Notes under the pieces: generated by a model
What the model was told of the DNA's origin: nothing
Seen by the model: the letters and a program-made list of their open reading frames with translations, nothing else
Databases searched by the model: none
DNA from: Gemmatimonadota bacterium
GTDB lineage: Bacteria > Gemmatimonadota > Gemmatimonadetes > Palauibacterales > Palauibacteraceae
Reading direction: 5' to 3'
Assembly: GCA_039588275.1 (NCBI GenBank)
Contig: JBDHAC010000001.1
Coordinates: 32,001 to 96,000 of the forward strand
Length of the DNA: 64,000 nt
Position numbers and translations under genes: made by a program
Part shown: piece after piece, positions 1 through 10,170 of the stretch
Position numbering within the stretch: the stretch's first letter is position 1
Layout: the number at the start of each line of letters is the position of its first letter

Positions 1-55
1 CCGACTTCGCAGAAAATTCACCCCGGCCGGACCGTCCGCCGCGTCCGAACCGGGC

Positions 56-955
56 ATGGAGTACGTGAAGTACCTCGCGTTCTCCACTTTCACGCCGTCC
101 TTCCCCCAGATCATCCAGATCCAGACCAAGTACGGGTGCAACGCCCGCTGCGTCTTCTGCCCGATGGGGCGAGAGCAGAACCAGATCCAGGGACTGATGG
201 ATGATGTCACTTTCCAGCGGATCGTGGATGAAGCGGTCGAGAACCGGGTGAAGGTGTTGAGCCCCTACCTGCAGAACGATCCGCTCGTAGACCGCCGGAT
301 CCACGAACGCGTCGCCTACATTCGCGAACGACGCGGCCGCAAGCGCCTGCCGCGGACGAAGCTGATCACGAACGGGGCCCTGCTGACCGAAGACAGGGCC
401 TATAATCTGATTCGTTCCGGTCTCGAGCACATCGTTTTCAGCGTGCACGGAATCGACCCGCAGGTCTACGAGGACCTCATGCAGGGCCCTCGGTTCTCGC
501 GAACGCTCGAGAACATCGAGACGTTCGTGCGCGTTCGAGATGAGCTGAAATCGAGGACGCCCAAGACCCAGGTATGGGCGGTTCTCACCGAGGATGTGGA
601 ACGGCAGCTGGACGACGTCGGTAAGTTCTGGAAGGAGCGCGGCATCTCCTTCAAGGCACGCCCACTCGACAATCGGGCACATCCGGAGATCACGGAGAAC
701 ACCGACCTGGTCGAGGCCGACGACGGGTGGCGGTATGCGACGTGGTGTACCATCCCCTTCTGGAGGGCCTGGATCCTCTGGAACGGAGACGTGGTCCTGT
801 GCTGCGTCGACTGGGAGCGCAAGCACGTCTTCGGAAACATCCACGAGAATTCGATCCGCGAGATCTGGAACAGCGACGCCTACGAGAAGTACCGCGAGCG
901 GATGCGGAAGAACGACTTCGCGGGGACTCTGTGTGAAAACTGTCAGGGAGTTTGA
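56..955 (+). CDS. Radical SAM protein with C-terminal SPASM/Twitch domain
   Basis: CxxxCxxC motif (CNARCVFC), ITNG motif, C-terminal CTIPF...GDVVLCC...GNI...SIREIW...CENC auxiliary cluster region. Confidence 0.9.
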   Translation: MEYVKYLAFSTFTPSFPQIIQIQTKYGCNARCVFCPMGREQNQIQGLMDDVTFQRIVDEAVENRVKVLSPYLQNDPLVDRRIHERVAYIRERRGRKRLPRTKLITNGALLTEDRAYNLIRSGLEHIVFSVHGIDPQVYEDLMQGPRFSRTLENIETFVRVRDELKSRTPKTQVWAVLTEDVERQLDDVGKFWKERGISFKARPLDNRAHPEITENTDLVEADDGWRYATWCTIPFWRAWILWNGDVVLCCVDWERKHVFGNIHENSIREIWNSDAYEKYRERMRKNDFAGTLCENCQGV

Positions 956-2192
956 CGAGGCGCCGCCGCGGTATGGTCACCCCGAACTTGCCGCTCATGA
1001 GCGGCGCGACGAGCTCGGGCGGCTGGCCGGCCTGAGGGTCGCGTACCTCTCCGATCAACAGTATCCGAACGAGAAAGCCGACGCGGAGCAGGTCGTGAAC
1101 ACCGTCTCCGCGCTCGCCGCGGAGGGGCTGGATATCCGCCTGATTATTCCGCGAGGCTGGCGAACCCTCGGCGTCCCCAAGCGGCGTCGCGTCGAGAAGC
1201 TGAGGGGGTTCTACGGTCTCGCAGAGAGCCTGCGCACGACGGAGCTCATCACTCTGCCTTCGCTTCCTCTTCGCCCCGAGAAGCAAACGCACGGAATCCT
1301 GGCGCCGCTCTGGGCCAGGCTCGGAGGATATCAGCTCGTCTACACGCGGAATCCGCTGCCCGCATACGTGGCTACCCTCCTGGGCTTGCCGGTGGTCTTC
1401 GAGACGTATCGCATCCACCGGTCCACGAGCCCGGTAGGGAGGTGGTTGGGCCGGTGGTCACGATCGCGGCGGCTGCTGGGAATCATCACCCACTCCAGCA
1501 TCTCCAGTGACGGCCTGGTGGGTTGCGGCGTCGAGCCGAACAAGATCCGTGCGATACACAACGGCTTCAATCCGGCGCTCTTCGAGGACGCGCTGTCTCG
1601 AGCCGAAGCCCGGCGACGGCTGGGGCTGCCGGTCGATGGCAAGATCGCCTGCTACGCCGGCCGGATGGACAGAAGGAAGGGCATCGGATCGTTACTCGAG
1701 CTCGCGCAGAGGACGCCCGAGATCACGTACTGGCTCATCGGCAAGTCGCAGCAGGACCGCGAGGGGTGGGTCGCCCGCTGGGTCGCCGAGCAGGGCGTGA
1801 CGAACGTCCGGCGGATCCCCTGGATGACGGAGGAGAGCCTGGTCGAGTACCTGTGGGCGGCGGACGCGCTGTTGATCCCGCCGACCGCGCAACCGTTGCA
1901 CAGGTACGGGAAGACCGTGCTGCCGATGAAGCTGTTCAAGTACCTCGCCGCGGGCCGCCCGATCCTGGCTCCCGAGCTGCCGGACACCGAGGATGTCCTG
2001 AACGACCGCAACGCGGTCCTCGTGGCGCCGGACGAGCTGGAGGCAGCCGCCGACGCCGTCCGCAGGATCGTTGACGATGCTGCCTTGTCCACCTCTCTGG
2101 CCACTCAGGCAAGGACCGACGCTCGGGACCTGACCTGGGAGGCCCGGGCACGCAGGATCATCGCGTTCATAGAGGAGCGCCTATCGGCATGA
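933..2192 (+). CDS. Glycosyltransferase family 4
   Basis: C-terminal part of ORF 594..2192. IHNG, YAGRMDRRKG and PMKLFKYLAAGRPIL motifs of GT-B/GT4. Start uncertain; in-frame GTG at 933. Confidence 0.85.
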   Translation: MKTVREFDEAPPRYGHPELAAHERRDELGRLAGLRVAYLSDQQYPNEKADAEQVVNTVSALAAEGLDIRLIIPRGWRTLGVPKRRRVEKLRGFYGLAESLRTTELITLPSLPLRPEKQTHGILAPLWARLGGYQLVYTRNPLPAYVATLLGLPVVFETYRIHRSTSPVGRWLGRWSRSRRLLGIITHSSISSDGLVGCGVEPNKIRAIHNGFNPALFEDALSRAEARRRLGLPVDGKIACYAGRMDRRKGIGSLLELAQRTPEITYWLIGKSQQDREGWVARWVAEQGVTNVRRIPWMTEESLVEYLWAADALLIPPTAQPLHRYGKTVLPMKLFKYLAAGRPILAPELPDTEDVLNDRNAVLVAPDELEAAADAVRRIVDDAALSTSLATQARTDARDLTWEARARRIIAFIEERLSA

Positions 2193-3232
2193 GGGCGCCC
2201 CGGCTTCTTCCGTGGCCCGACCCACGCCGGAAGGAGAACCCTTACCAGAAGGTCGTCTACGCCGGTCTGACGGCGAACGGTATCCGGATTCGTCGGACGC
2301 CGCCTCTCTTTTCGCTGATTCCATTCGCGCCGAGCTCCGACTGGTTGCACCTGAACTGGCCGGAGACCCTGTTCGCCGCTCGTGACTCCGCCGGGCGAGA
2401 AAGGAAGCTCGCTCGCTTCGTCCACACCGTGCGCCGGGTGAAGCGACGGGGGACGAAGATCCTGTGGACCATGCACAACGAGTTCCCGCATGAGGAGGTC
2501 GACGCGGACCTCCACCGGGGCGCCAACGCGCGGCTGTGCGAGCTGAGCGACCTGATTCACGTCCATTTCCCGCAGGCCGCCGAACATCTGGCGCTGGAAT
2601 ACCGAGCGGATCCCGATGCGATCCACGTGATGCCGCACCCGCACTACGGAGATTACTACGGAGAGCCGATCCCGAAACGCAGGGCGAGAGCCGAGATCGG
2701 GATCGACGAGGACGTCCGCGTGGTCCTCATCTTCGGCTACCTGCGGCGGTACAAGGGGATCGAGTCGGCGGTCGAGAGCCTCCTGGGAGCGCGGAATGAT
2801 CGACTTCGCCTTCTGATAGCCGGGAAGCCGGAGGATGACGCGCTCGTGAACGTCCTGAGGTCGGCGCGCGAGGAGGACAGGAGGCTCATCCTGAGACTCT
2901 CGCGGATACCCGACAGCGAGGTGGCGCCGCTGTTCGCCGCGGCCGACGCGTTCCTGCTCCCGAGTCGGCGCTCCTTCACCTCGGGCTCTCTGATGCTCGC
3001 GCTGACCTACGGCTTGCCGGTGATCGCCGTCCCACGGAACCACGCGTCGACGTTCCTCGGCACGTCATTCTTCCAGCCCTGGGAGCCGCCGACGACCGAC
3101 AACCTGACCGCGTTGTTGGAGGCTCTGGACGACTGGCTGGCCGGCGTCCGAGTCGAAGAGCTGGAGCGAGTCAGGGCGGAGTTCGACGCCGAGCGTCTAT
3201 CGGAGGGTTTGAGCGACAGATTGAGACGATGA
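2189..3232 (+). CDS. Glycosyltransferase family 4
   Basis: ENPY, WTMHN, FGYLRRYKG and TSGSLMLALTYGLPVI motifs; ATGA overlap with upstream GT. Confidence 0.85.
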   Translation: MRAPRLLPWPDPRRKENPYQKVVYAGLTANGIRIRRTPPLFSLIPFAPSSDWLHLNWPETLFAARDSAGRERKLARFVHTVRRVKRRGTKILWTMHNEFPHEEVDADLHRGANARLCELSDLIHVHFPQAAEHLALEYRADPDAIHVMPHPHYGDYYGEPIPKRRARAEIGIDEDVRVVLIFGYLRRYKGIESAVESLLGARNDRLRLLIAGKPEDDALVNVLRSAREEDRRLILRLSRIPDSEVAPLFAAADAFLLPSRRSFTSGSLMLALTYGLPVIAVPRNHASTFLGTSFFQPWEPPTTDNLTALLEALDDWLAGVRVEELERVRAEFDAERLSEGLSDRLRR

Positions 3233-3434
3233 GCCACCGAGGTGTGTGGCCCCGCGCTCGTCTTCGGAGCGCGACTGGCCCCACCTCCGTCGGTTCGAGG
3301 CGTTCGGCGAGCATCCTTTTCGCGCTTCATCGCATCAAACGAATGGGTCGAATCCGCGAAGCGGAACCGGCCGAACTGCGATCATGATCGAAAAACGATC
3401 CGGCCCAGCGCCGTTCACCGCAAAAGGATTCCCG

Positions 3435-5255
3435 ATGAAGAACGGACGAAGATCCGCGTATATCGGTCTCGCCCTGACATGGCTCGTCAGTGGTCTCGCC
3501 CTCGCCCAGACGGTCGGGTCCGCGCGCTCGGCCACGATCTCCGATGTGGGATATCAGGTCACGTTCGACGAGACCACCGCCCCCTTCAGACAGATCTCGG
3601 TGACCATGTCCTTCCGGGCGGCCGGCTCGGGACCCGTCATCCTGTCGCTACCGGCCTGGACGCCAGGCTCTTACGAGCTCGACAACTATGCTCGGAACAT
3701 CGTGAGCTTCGAGGCCCGCTCGGGCGATACCGCACTACGCTGGGACAAGGTGGATTGGGACACGTGGCGCGTGTTCCCGGCAGGCTCGGGGGAGGTGACC
3801 GTCGGGTTCGACTACCGCGCGGACGCCCTGGACACCGGGAGCGCATGGACGGCGCCCGACTTCGCCTTCTTCAACGGCACCAACCTGTTCCTCTACCCGG
3901 AGGGCCAGGGGTACGCGTTCTCCGCACGGGTGACGTTCCAAACCGAGCCGGACTGGCAGGTGGCTACCGGGATGACGCCGGGTGCGGGCGAGCACGAGTA
4001 CGTGGCGGCGGATTTTCACGAGCTGGTCGACATGCCGACGTTCATCGGCCACTTCGACATGGACGGCGCGGCGATCGACGGCGTCCAGCACCGGCTTGCC
4101 ACCTATCCGGCGGGAGCCGTGACGGGTGAGCATCGCGAAGGGATCTGGGATCAGCTGCGCGGGATGATGCCGCCCATGGCCGCCGTGTTCGATGAGACGC
4201 CGTTCGAGGCGTACACGACGCTGATGGTGTTCCCGCAGGAGTTCGGCGGCGCCTCGGCGCTCGAGCACCGCAACTCGCACCTCGGCATCTACACGCCCCA
4301 GCTCGTGGGCAGCCCCATACTCGCCTCCGTGGTGGCGCACGAGATCTTCCACGCCTGGAACGTGAAGCGGCTGCGCCCCGCCCCGCTGGTGCCGTACGAC
4401 TACGGTCATGCGCAACCGACGACGCTGCTGTGGGTGAGCGAGGGCATCACCAGCTACTATGACGATCTGTCTCTGGTCCGCGGCGGCGTGTTCGGGCCCG
4501 AGTATTTCTATCAGTCGACCGGCGGTGACATCGCCACGACCGAGTCGGCGGGGGCCGTCGCGCTCGAGGATGCGTCTCTCACGACCTGGATCGGCTCCCG
4601 GGACGGCACGGGGGGCATCTACTACCCGAAGGGCGCCGTGGCGGGCTTTCTCCTGGACATCTTGATCCGCGATGCCACGGACAACGAAGCCTCGCTCGAC
4701 GACGTGATGCGGGAGCTGTACTGGGGCACCTACAAGGAGACCTTCACGGGCTTCAGCGAAGCCGCCTGGTGGGATGCGGTCAGTCGCGCCGCGGGAGGCG
4801 CGTCGTTCGACGATTTCTACGCCCGCTACGTGGACGGCCGCGAGCCCTACCCGTGGGACGAGGTGCTGCCGCTCGCCGGGTTGAGCCTCCAGCAGGTGAC
4901 CACGGTTCGACCGCTGGTAGGCATCTTCGCCGAGTACGACAGCCTCGGCGTACGGGTCGCTGGTCTCTCGCCCGGCGGAGCGGCGGCGGACGGCGGCATC
5001 CGGGAGGGCGACTACCTGCTAAGGGCGGGTCCCGTCGAGCTCGGCACGCCCCAGGACTTCGACGAGTTTCGGGCCCACTTCTCGGACATCCCCGAGGGCA
5101 CGGCGTACGAGGTCGTCGTGCGGCGAGGTGAGGAGGAGGTCGCGCTCGAGCTGGATCTGCGGCTCTCCGAGGACGTGCAATACACCCTGGACGAGGATCC
5201 GAACGCCTCACCCAAGGCGGTTCGAATCAGGGAGAGCCTGCTGACGGGGACCTGA
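3435..5255 (+). CDS. M61 glycyl aminopeptidase with PDZ domain, exported
   Basis: LPAWTPGSY, ALEH, HEIFHAWN zinc motif, LWVSEG, YYPKG, C-terminal PDZ; signal peptide from ATG 3435. Confidence 0.9.
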   Translation: MKNGRRSAYIGLALTWLVSGLALAQTVGSARSATISDVGYQVTFDETTAPFRQISVTMSFRAAGSGPVILSLPAWTPGSYELDNYARNIVSFEARSGDTALRWDKVDWDTWRVFPAGSGEVTVGFDYRADALDTGSAWTAPDFAFFNGTNLFLYPEGQGYAFSARVTFQTEPDWQVATGMTPGAGEHEYVAADFHELVDMPTFIGHFDMDGAAIDGVQHRLATYPAGAVTGEHREGIWDQLRGMMPPMAAVFDETPFEAYTTLMVFPQEFGGASALEHRNSHLGIYTPQLVGSPILASVVAHEIFHAWNVKRLRPAPLVPYDYGHAQPTTLLWVSEGITSYYDDLSLVRGGVFGPEYFYQSTGGDIATTESAGAVALEDASLTTWIGSRDGTGGIYYPKGAVAGFLLDILIRDATDNEASLDDVMRELYWGTYKETFTGFSEAAWWDAVSRAAGGASFDDFYARYVDGREPYPWDEVLPLAGLSLQQVTTVRPLVGIFAEYDSLGVRVAGLSPGGAAADGGIREGDYLLRAGPVELGTPQDFDEFRAHFSDIPEGTAYEVVVRRGEEEVALELDLRLSEDVQYTLDEDPNASPKAVRIRESLLTGT

Positions 5256-5417
5256 CCGCTCCGCCGCCGGGCACCTCACGGTGCCGGGCCGACACCGCAG
5301 GGCCACCGCGGGTGAGCCATACGCTCTCCCGAGTCTTGTACCCGTGCGATCCGCGTCCGATAGTCAGGCATCCGCCCGAACGACATCCGACCGAAGGACC
5401 GAGTCCGAGGAGGACCC

Positions 5418-8372
5418 ATGCGTGCCTCGATCTTCGCGCGCGGCGTCTGGCGTCGTCACCGCCGCGACCGTCTCATCACCGGAGCCGCGATCGCCGCGAC
5501 CCTCACCGCATCCGGTTTCGGCGCCGCCTGGAGTCAGGAGAGGCCCACGATCGCGCCCGAGGACTACGGGCGCTGGGAGAACCTGGGGCGTGCCGCCCTC
5601 TCACCCGACGGTGCCTGGCTGGCGTACGGGGTCGAAATGGTGGACGAGCAGGCCGAGCTTCGCATCCGGTCTCTCGAACGGGACTCGATGCGCTCCGTGC
5701 CGTGGGGACGGAATCCCGCGTTCGCTCCTGACGGCCGTTGGTTGGCATGGGCGGTCGGTGTCTCGCCCGACGAGGAGGAGCGGCTCCAGAAGGCTGAAGA
5801 GCCTGTCCGACTCGGGGTCGGGCTGCTCGATCTGGCGAGCGGCGAAGAGCGGAGCTTCGAGGAGGTGCGAGGCTTCGGGTTCGACTCGAGCGCTCGGTTT
5901 CTCGCGCTCCACGGGTATGCGCCCGAGGAGCCGAAGGGCAAAGGTGCCGACCTGAGGGTGGTGGATCTCGCCGAAGGCACGACCACCACGTTCGGGAACG
6001 TGGCTGAATTCGCCTGGAGCGACTCCGCATCCCTGCTCGCGCTCGCGGTGTCCACAGGCGGCGAAGAGGGGAACGGCGTCCAGGTCTACGATGCCGACAG
6101 CGGCCGGATCCGGTCGCTCGGGACCTCGGGCTCGGCCTACAGACAGCTCGCCTGGCGCGAGGGCGGGGCCGATCTCGCCGTCCTCCGGTCTCGCGAGCCT
6201 GCGTCCGAAGAGGATGCGACCGCCCACGACGCGCTCGCCTGGCGCGGACTCGATGGCGAGGAGCCGAGCGAGTTCGCCCTGACCGCCGGGGCGGCGGGTC
6301 TCGCGGACTCCCTCGAGGTGGTGCGGCATGCCGCCCCGCGTTGGTCCGATGACGGTCGCCTGATCGCGATCGGTCTGCGCCCCGCCGAGCCCGAGGAGGA
6401 GCCTGAAGACGACGAGGGGACCGAGGAGGACGCAGGGGAGCGAACGGACACCGAGGGAGAGAGCCCCGAGGATGCGGAGGGCGACGCCCCGCAGGACAGC
6501 ACGGCTGCCGAGGACGACGAGCCCGAGCTCCCCGGCCTCCAGATCTGGCACAGCTCCGACCGCCGCATCTTTGCCCGCCAGCAAGCCAGCCAGGACTCCG
6601 ACGAGCGTCGCACCCTGCTCTCGGTGTGGCACCTGGACGAGGCCCGTGTCGTCCAGATAGGCACCGATCAGAGGGCGAGCGCGCAGCTACTCGAGGGATG
6701 GACGCGGGCGATCGAGCAGACGCAGGAGCCCTACGCCTGGGGCGAGATGTTCGGCCGCCCGTACAGCGACACCTGGGTGGTGGACGTCGGCACGGGTGAG
6801 CGCGAGCAGGTGCTCGAGCGCGTACGCTACAACTGGACGAGCGCTGGCGGGCGCTGGTTGGTCGCCTTCGACGGATCCAATTACACGAGTCTCGACTTGC
6901 AGACCGGGGCGCGGTACGACCTCACCTCCGAGCTCCCGACCGTCTTCGCCGACACGGCGTATGACACGCCCACCGACGTCCTTCCCCCGCACGGCTTCGG
7001 TCCCGGTGGTTGGCTTGAGAATGACGAGGCGGTCTTCCTGTACGACGAGCACGACATCTGGCGCGTCTCTCCCGACGGCTCCGGGGCGACGCGCCTAACC
7101 CGTGGCCTCGAGGAAGACATCACCCACCGAATCGTGCGCGAATTCGATCCGAGCCGCGGCGAATTCCGGACGCTTGGCGATGACGACGACGAGCCGGGCT
7201 TCGATCCAGCACAACCGATCTACCTCTCCCTGTACGGGGAGAGGACCGAGAAACGCGGATATGCGCGGCTCGTGCCGGCGACGGACGACGCCGTCGGGGG
7301 CCAGGGCGACGAGTCCAGTATCGAGCGCCTCGTCTACGAGGACAAACGGATCAGCGGCCTCACGAAGGCGGACAGCGCCGACGTGTACATGTTCAACGTT
7401 CAGGCGTTCGACGACCCGCCCGACCTGTTCGTGGCCGGACCGGATCTGTCCGATGCCCGGCAGGTCACCGACATCAACCCCTTCATCAGCGAGTACGCGT
7501 GGGGCCGCGCCGAGCTGGTGGATTTCGTCAGCGAAGGCGGACGGGATCTCCAGGCGGTGCTTCTGTATCCGGCGAGCTACAGCCCCGGCGAGCGCGTCCC
7601 CATGATCGTGTACACCTACGAGATGCTCTCGCCCCAGATACACTTCTTCAGTGCCCCGAACGAACGACGCTACTACAACTTCACCGCCTGGACGCAGCAG
7701 GGGTATGCGGTGCTCCTGCCCGACATCGTGTACCGCGCCCGGGACCCGGGCATCAGCGCGCTCGAATCCGTGCGGGCAGCCGTCGCCAGGATCGTCGAGC
7801 TGGGAGTGGCCGACGCCGACCGGGTGGGGCTGATCGGGCACTCGTGGGGCGGCTACCAGGCAACCTTCCTTCCGACCCGCACGGACATCTTCGCGGCCTC
7901 CGTCGCGGGGGCCCCGCTCACCGACTTCGTGAGCTTCATGGGGGCGATACACTGGAACCCGGGCGTCCCCGAAGTCGACCACTGGGAGACGGGGCAGGCG
8001 CGGATGGAGGTGCCGTTCTGGGACGATCCCGAAGCGCACCGTCGAAACTCACCGATCCACATGGTCCACGAGATGGAGACGCCGCTCCTGATGGCGTTCG
8101 GTAACGAGGACGGCGTGGTCGATTGGGATCAGGGGACGGAGTTCTACAACTTCGCCCGTCGCGCCGGAAAGCAGATGGTCCTGCTCGTATACGAAGGCGA
8201 GGACCACGGCTTCCGCCAGGAGGCGAACCAGGTGGACTACCACCGCCGGATCCTGGAGTGGTTCGGCCACTATCTGAAGGGCGAGCCTGCCCCGGACTGG
8301 ATCACGGAGGGGATCCCCCTGGACGAGCTGGAGGACGAAGCGCGCCGGGTGGCGACGAAGCAGGGGGGGTAG
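5418..8372 (+). CDS. S9 family (prolyl oligopeptidase-like) peptidase, exported
   Basis: N-terminal beta-propeller (SPDG repeats); GHSWGG nucleophile, EDGVV Asp and EDHG His. Confidence 0.9.
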   Translation: MRASIFARGVWRRHRRDRLITGAAIAATLTASGFGAAWSQERPTIAPEDYGRWENLGRAALSPDGAWLAYGVEMVDEQAELRIRSLERDSMRSVPWGRNPAFAPDGRWLAWAVGVSPDEEERLQKAEEPVRLGVGLLDLASGEERSFEEVRGFGFDSSARFLALHGYAPEEPKGKGADLRVVDLAEGTTTTFGNVAEFAWSDSASLLALAVSTGGEEGNGVQVYDADSGRIRSLGTSGSAYRQLAWREGGADLAVLRSREPASEEDATAHDALAWRGLDGEEPSEFALTAGAAGLADSLEVVRHAAPRWSDDGRLIAIGLRPAEPEEEPEDDEGTEEDAGERTDTEGESPEDAEGDAPQDSTAAEDDEPELPGLQIWHSSDRRIFARQQASQDSDERRTLLSVWHLDEARVVQIGTDQRASAQLLEGWTRAIEQTQEPYAWGEMFGRPYSDTWVVDVGTGEREQVLERVRYNWTSAGGRWLVAFDGSNYTSLDLQTGARYDLTSELPTVFADTAYDTPTDVLPPHGFGPGGWLENDEAVFLYDEHDIWRVSPDGSGATRLTRGLEEDITHRIVREFDPSRGEFRTLGDDDDEPGFDPAQPIYLSLYGERTEKRGYARLVPATDDAVGGQGDESSIERLVYEDKRISGLTKADSADVYMFNVQAFDDPPDLFVAGPDLSDARQVTDINPFISEYAWGRAELVDFVSEGGRDLQAVLLYPASYSPGERVPMIVYTYEMLSPQIHFFSAPNERRYYNFTAWTQQGYAVLLPDIVYRARDPGISALESVRAAVARIVELGVADADRVGLIGHSWGGYQATFLPTRTDIFAASVAGAPLTDFVSFMGAIHWNPGVPEVDHWETGQARMEVPFWDDPEAHRRNSPIHMVHEMETPLLMAFGNEDGVVDWDQGTEFYNFARRAGKQMVLLVYEGEDHGFRQEANQVDYHRRILEWFGHYLKGEPAPDWITEGIPLDELEDEARRVATKQGG

Positions 8373-9214
8373 CCGAGGGCTCCCGCGAGCTCAAGACGCC
8401 CCGACGCCCTAGCGGCCCGGGTCGACGCACGCCCGTCCTCGTGCGTGATGGAGCCATCGAGACTCACGAGCGCTTGGACGTCTGCACGACCGGCCTGGAG
8501 AGCCGCGACGACCGCTCCGGAGCTGTGCCCCAGCAACGCGAGCTTGGCGGGGTGGACGAACTCCAGTTGCCGGGCGACGCCGATCGCGAACTCCAGGTCT
8601 TGTGCCTGAAGCGCGAGGGCGTCAGCGGAGAATGGCATGCGTAGATTCTCGGGGTCGTGTCCGACCTGCGGAACGACGGCCACGGCGTACCCGTGACTCG
8701 CCAGGTACTCCCACAGCACGGTGCTCTCCTGCTGGAAGTCGTTCCGCCCCAACATGTGAACCACGAGCGGAAAACGCCCCGGCGACGGGCTGGCATCGAG
8801 ACGGGCTCGAGTTGGAGCGGCGAGCAGCGCCTGAAAGCGCTCCTCCGAGATGGGGGAAAACTGTCGGCGCGCGACATCCAGATCCCGGTCGCGCAGAAGC
8901 TCGTTGTACGCTTCCAGCTCCGCCGAGGGGGCCTCCACGTCGAGGTAGTGACCGAACCGGAGGGTCTCGGATCGCGGCCTCGCCACACCGTCGCGAAGAG
9001 TGGGATACCAGACGAACAATCGAAGTGGACGCCCGGTGAATGCCGTCCCGAACGTGCGGTCCTCGTCGACCGCGAAGGTGACCTGAAAGCCTGCGCCGTA
9101 GGGACCCGCAGAGAGCGCTCCCCAGAGAGGGGAGCCAGTGGACTGCGCCGCCGCTGGGGTCGCCGAGATCAGGATCGTGAGGGCGGTTGCGCTACAGAGG
9201 CTGGTCGTACGCAT
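8270..9214 (-). pseudogene. Probably C-terminally truncated exported alpha/beta hydrolase (dienelactone hydrolase/PAF-AH-like)
   Basis: Signal peptide, GRFPLVV, LASHGYAV, GHSSG, VSLDG. The frame then runs antisense into the S9 gene end with no recognisable catalytic Asp/His region. Confidence 0.55.
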
Positions 9215-9333
9215 CGGCGTTGGCTCCTTCGATTCCCAGGCGCGGTGAGAACGCCTGGCGACCCCTTGTCGGGAGGACTCGAATCTCGGATGGACGAAAC
9301 GCCCGGAAGGTTGTGCCAACGAGGGATCGTCGC

Positions 9334-9858
9334 CTAGCGCCGAACCGTGCAATTCCCTCCCTGGCTCAACACCACCTGGCCGCTTGCGCTCACGATCTCG
9401 GCGACCACATCGGGATTCGCGGAGGTCTGAATGAAGTCGGGCGCGATGGCGGTGGCACCCGCGGCGATGTCGTCCGGGTCACTGTCAAAGTCGAACTCGA
9501 CCTCATCCCCGACTGTCGCCTGGAGCCCGGACACGGCGGTATTGCCGCCGGACCGGACCCGCGCCTGGTACTGCCCGGAGGCGAGGTTCTTACCGTCCAC
9601 GGAGATCTTGGACCGGACATCGCCGGTGCGGACCTCGCAGCGTAACCGGAGCTCGCCGGCTCGTGAGCTGCTCGAGTCGTCCGAGCTGTTCGAGCTACTG
9701 GATCCATCGGATCCGCTCGATCTCGCGCCCGAGATGTCATCCGAAGCGAGCCCGCTGTTCGGGCCGGTCAGAGAGTTGCCGGAGTCGGCGCCGCACGCCG
9801 CGAGCGCGACTGCTAACCCAACCACCATTACCGTTCCGAGAATCTTCTGCCTGATCAT
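9334..9858 (-). CDS. Hypothetical lipoprotein with Ser-rich linker
   Basis: Lipobox LAAC, low-complexity Ser linker, compact C-terminal domain with two Cys; GGAGG SD upstream. Confidence 0.75.
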   Translation of the reverse strand: MIRQKILGTVMVVGLAVALAACGADSGNSLTGPNSGLASDDISGARSSGSDGSSSSNSSDDSSSSRAGELRLRCEVRTGDVRSKISVDGKNLASGQYQARVRSGGNTAVSGLQATVGDEVEFDFDSDPDDIAAGATAIAPDFIQTSANPDVVAEIVSASGQVVLSQGGNCTVRR

Positions 9859-10105
9859 CCCTGCCTCCGTCGTCCAGCGTTTCGTTCTCCGCGCGGGAAC
9901 CGGCTCCCGAGCGGGTGACGGCGCGATCAGGCATGGCCTGTTCCCCTTCGCGCGTGTCTGCTAATGCGTTGTCATGTCGTGATATAGCGCGAACGACGGC
10001 GTCGTGAGCCGCTGGGTCGGATCGAGACAGGTGATACCACGGCGTGGAGGGTGTGTAGCGATACGCTACACCCTGGCGGGCCTGGCGGGGATGGGCCCGG
10101 ATGCA

Positions 10106-10134
10106 GAAGGGGCCGGCGTGCGGCCGGCCCCTTC
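10106..10134 (-). terminator. GC-rich hairpin, probable terminator of the S9 gene ending at 10171
   Basis: GAAGGGGCCGGC-gtgcg-GCCGGCCCCTTC, 12-bp stem; U-tract weak. Confidence 0.55.
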
Positions 10135-10170
10135 GCCTACGAGAAGCGGTGAAAGCTCCTCAGGACATGC

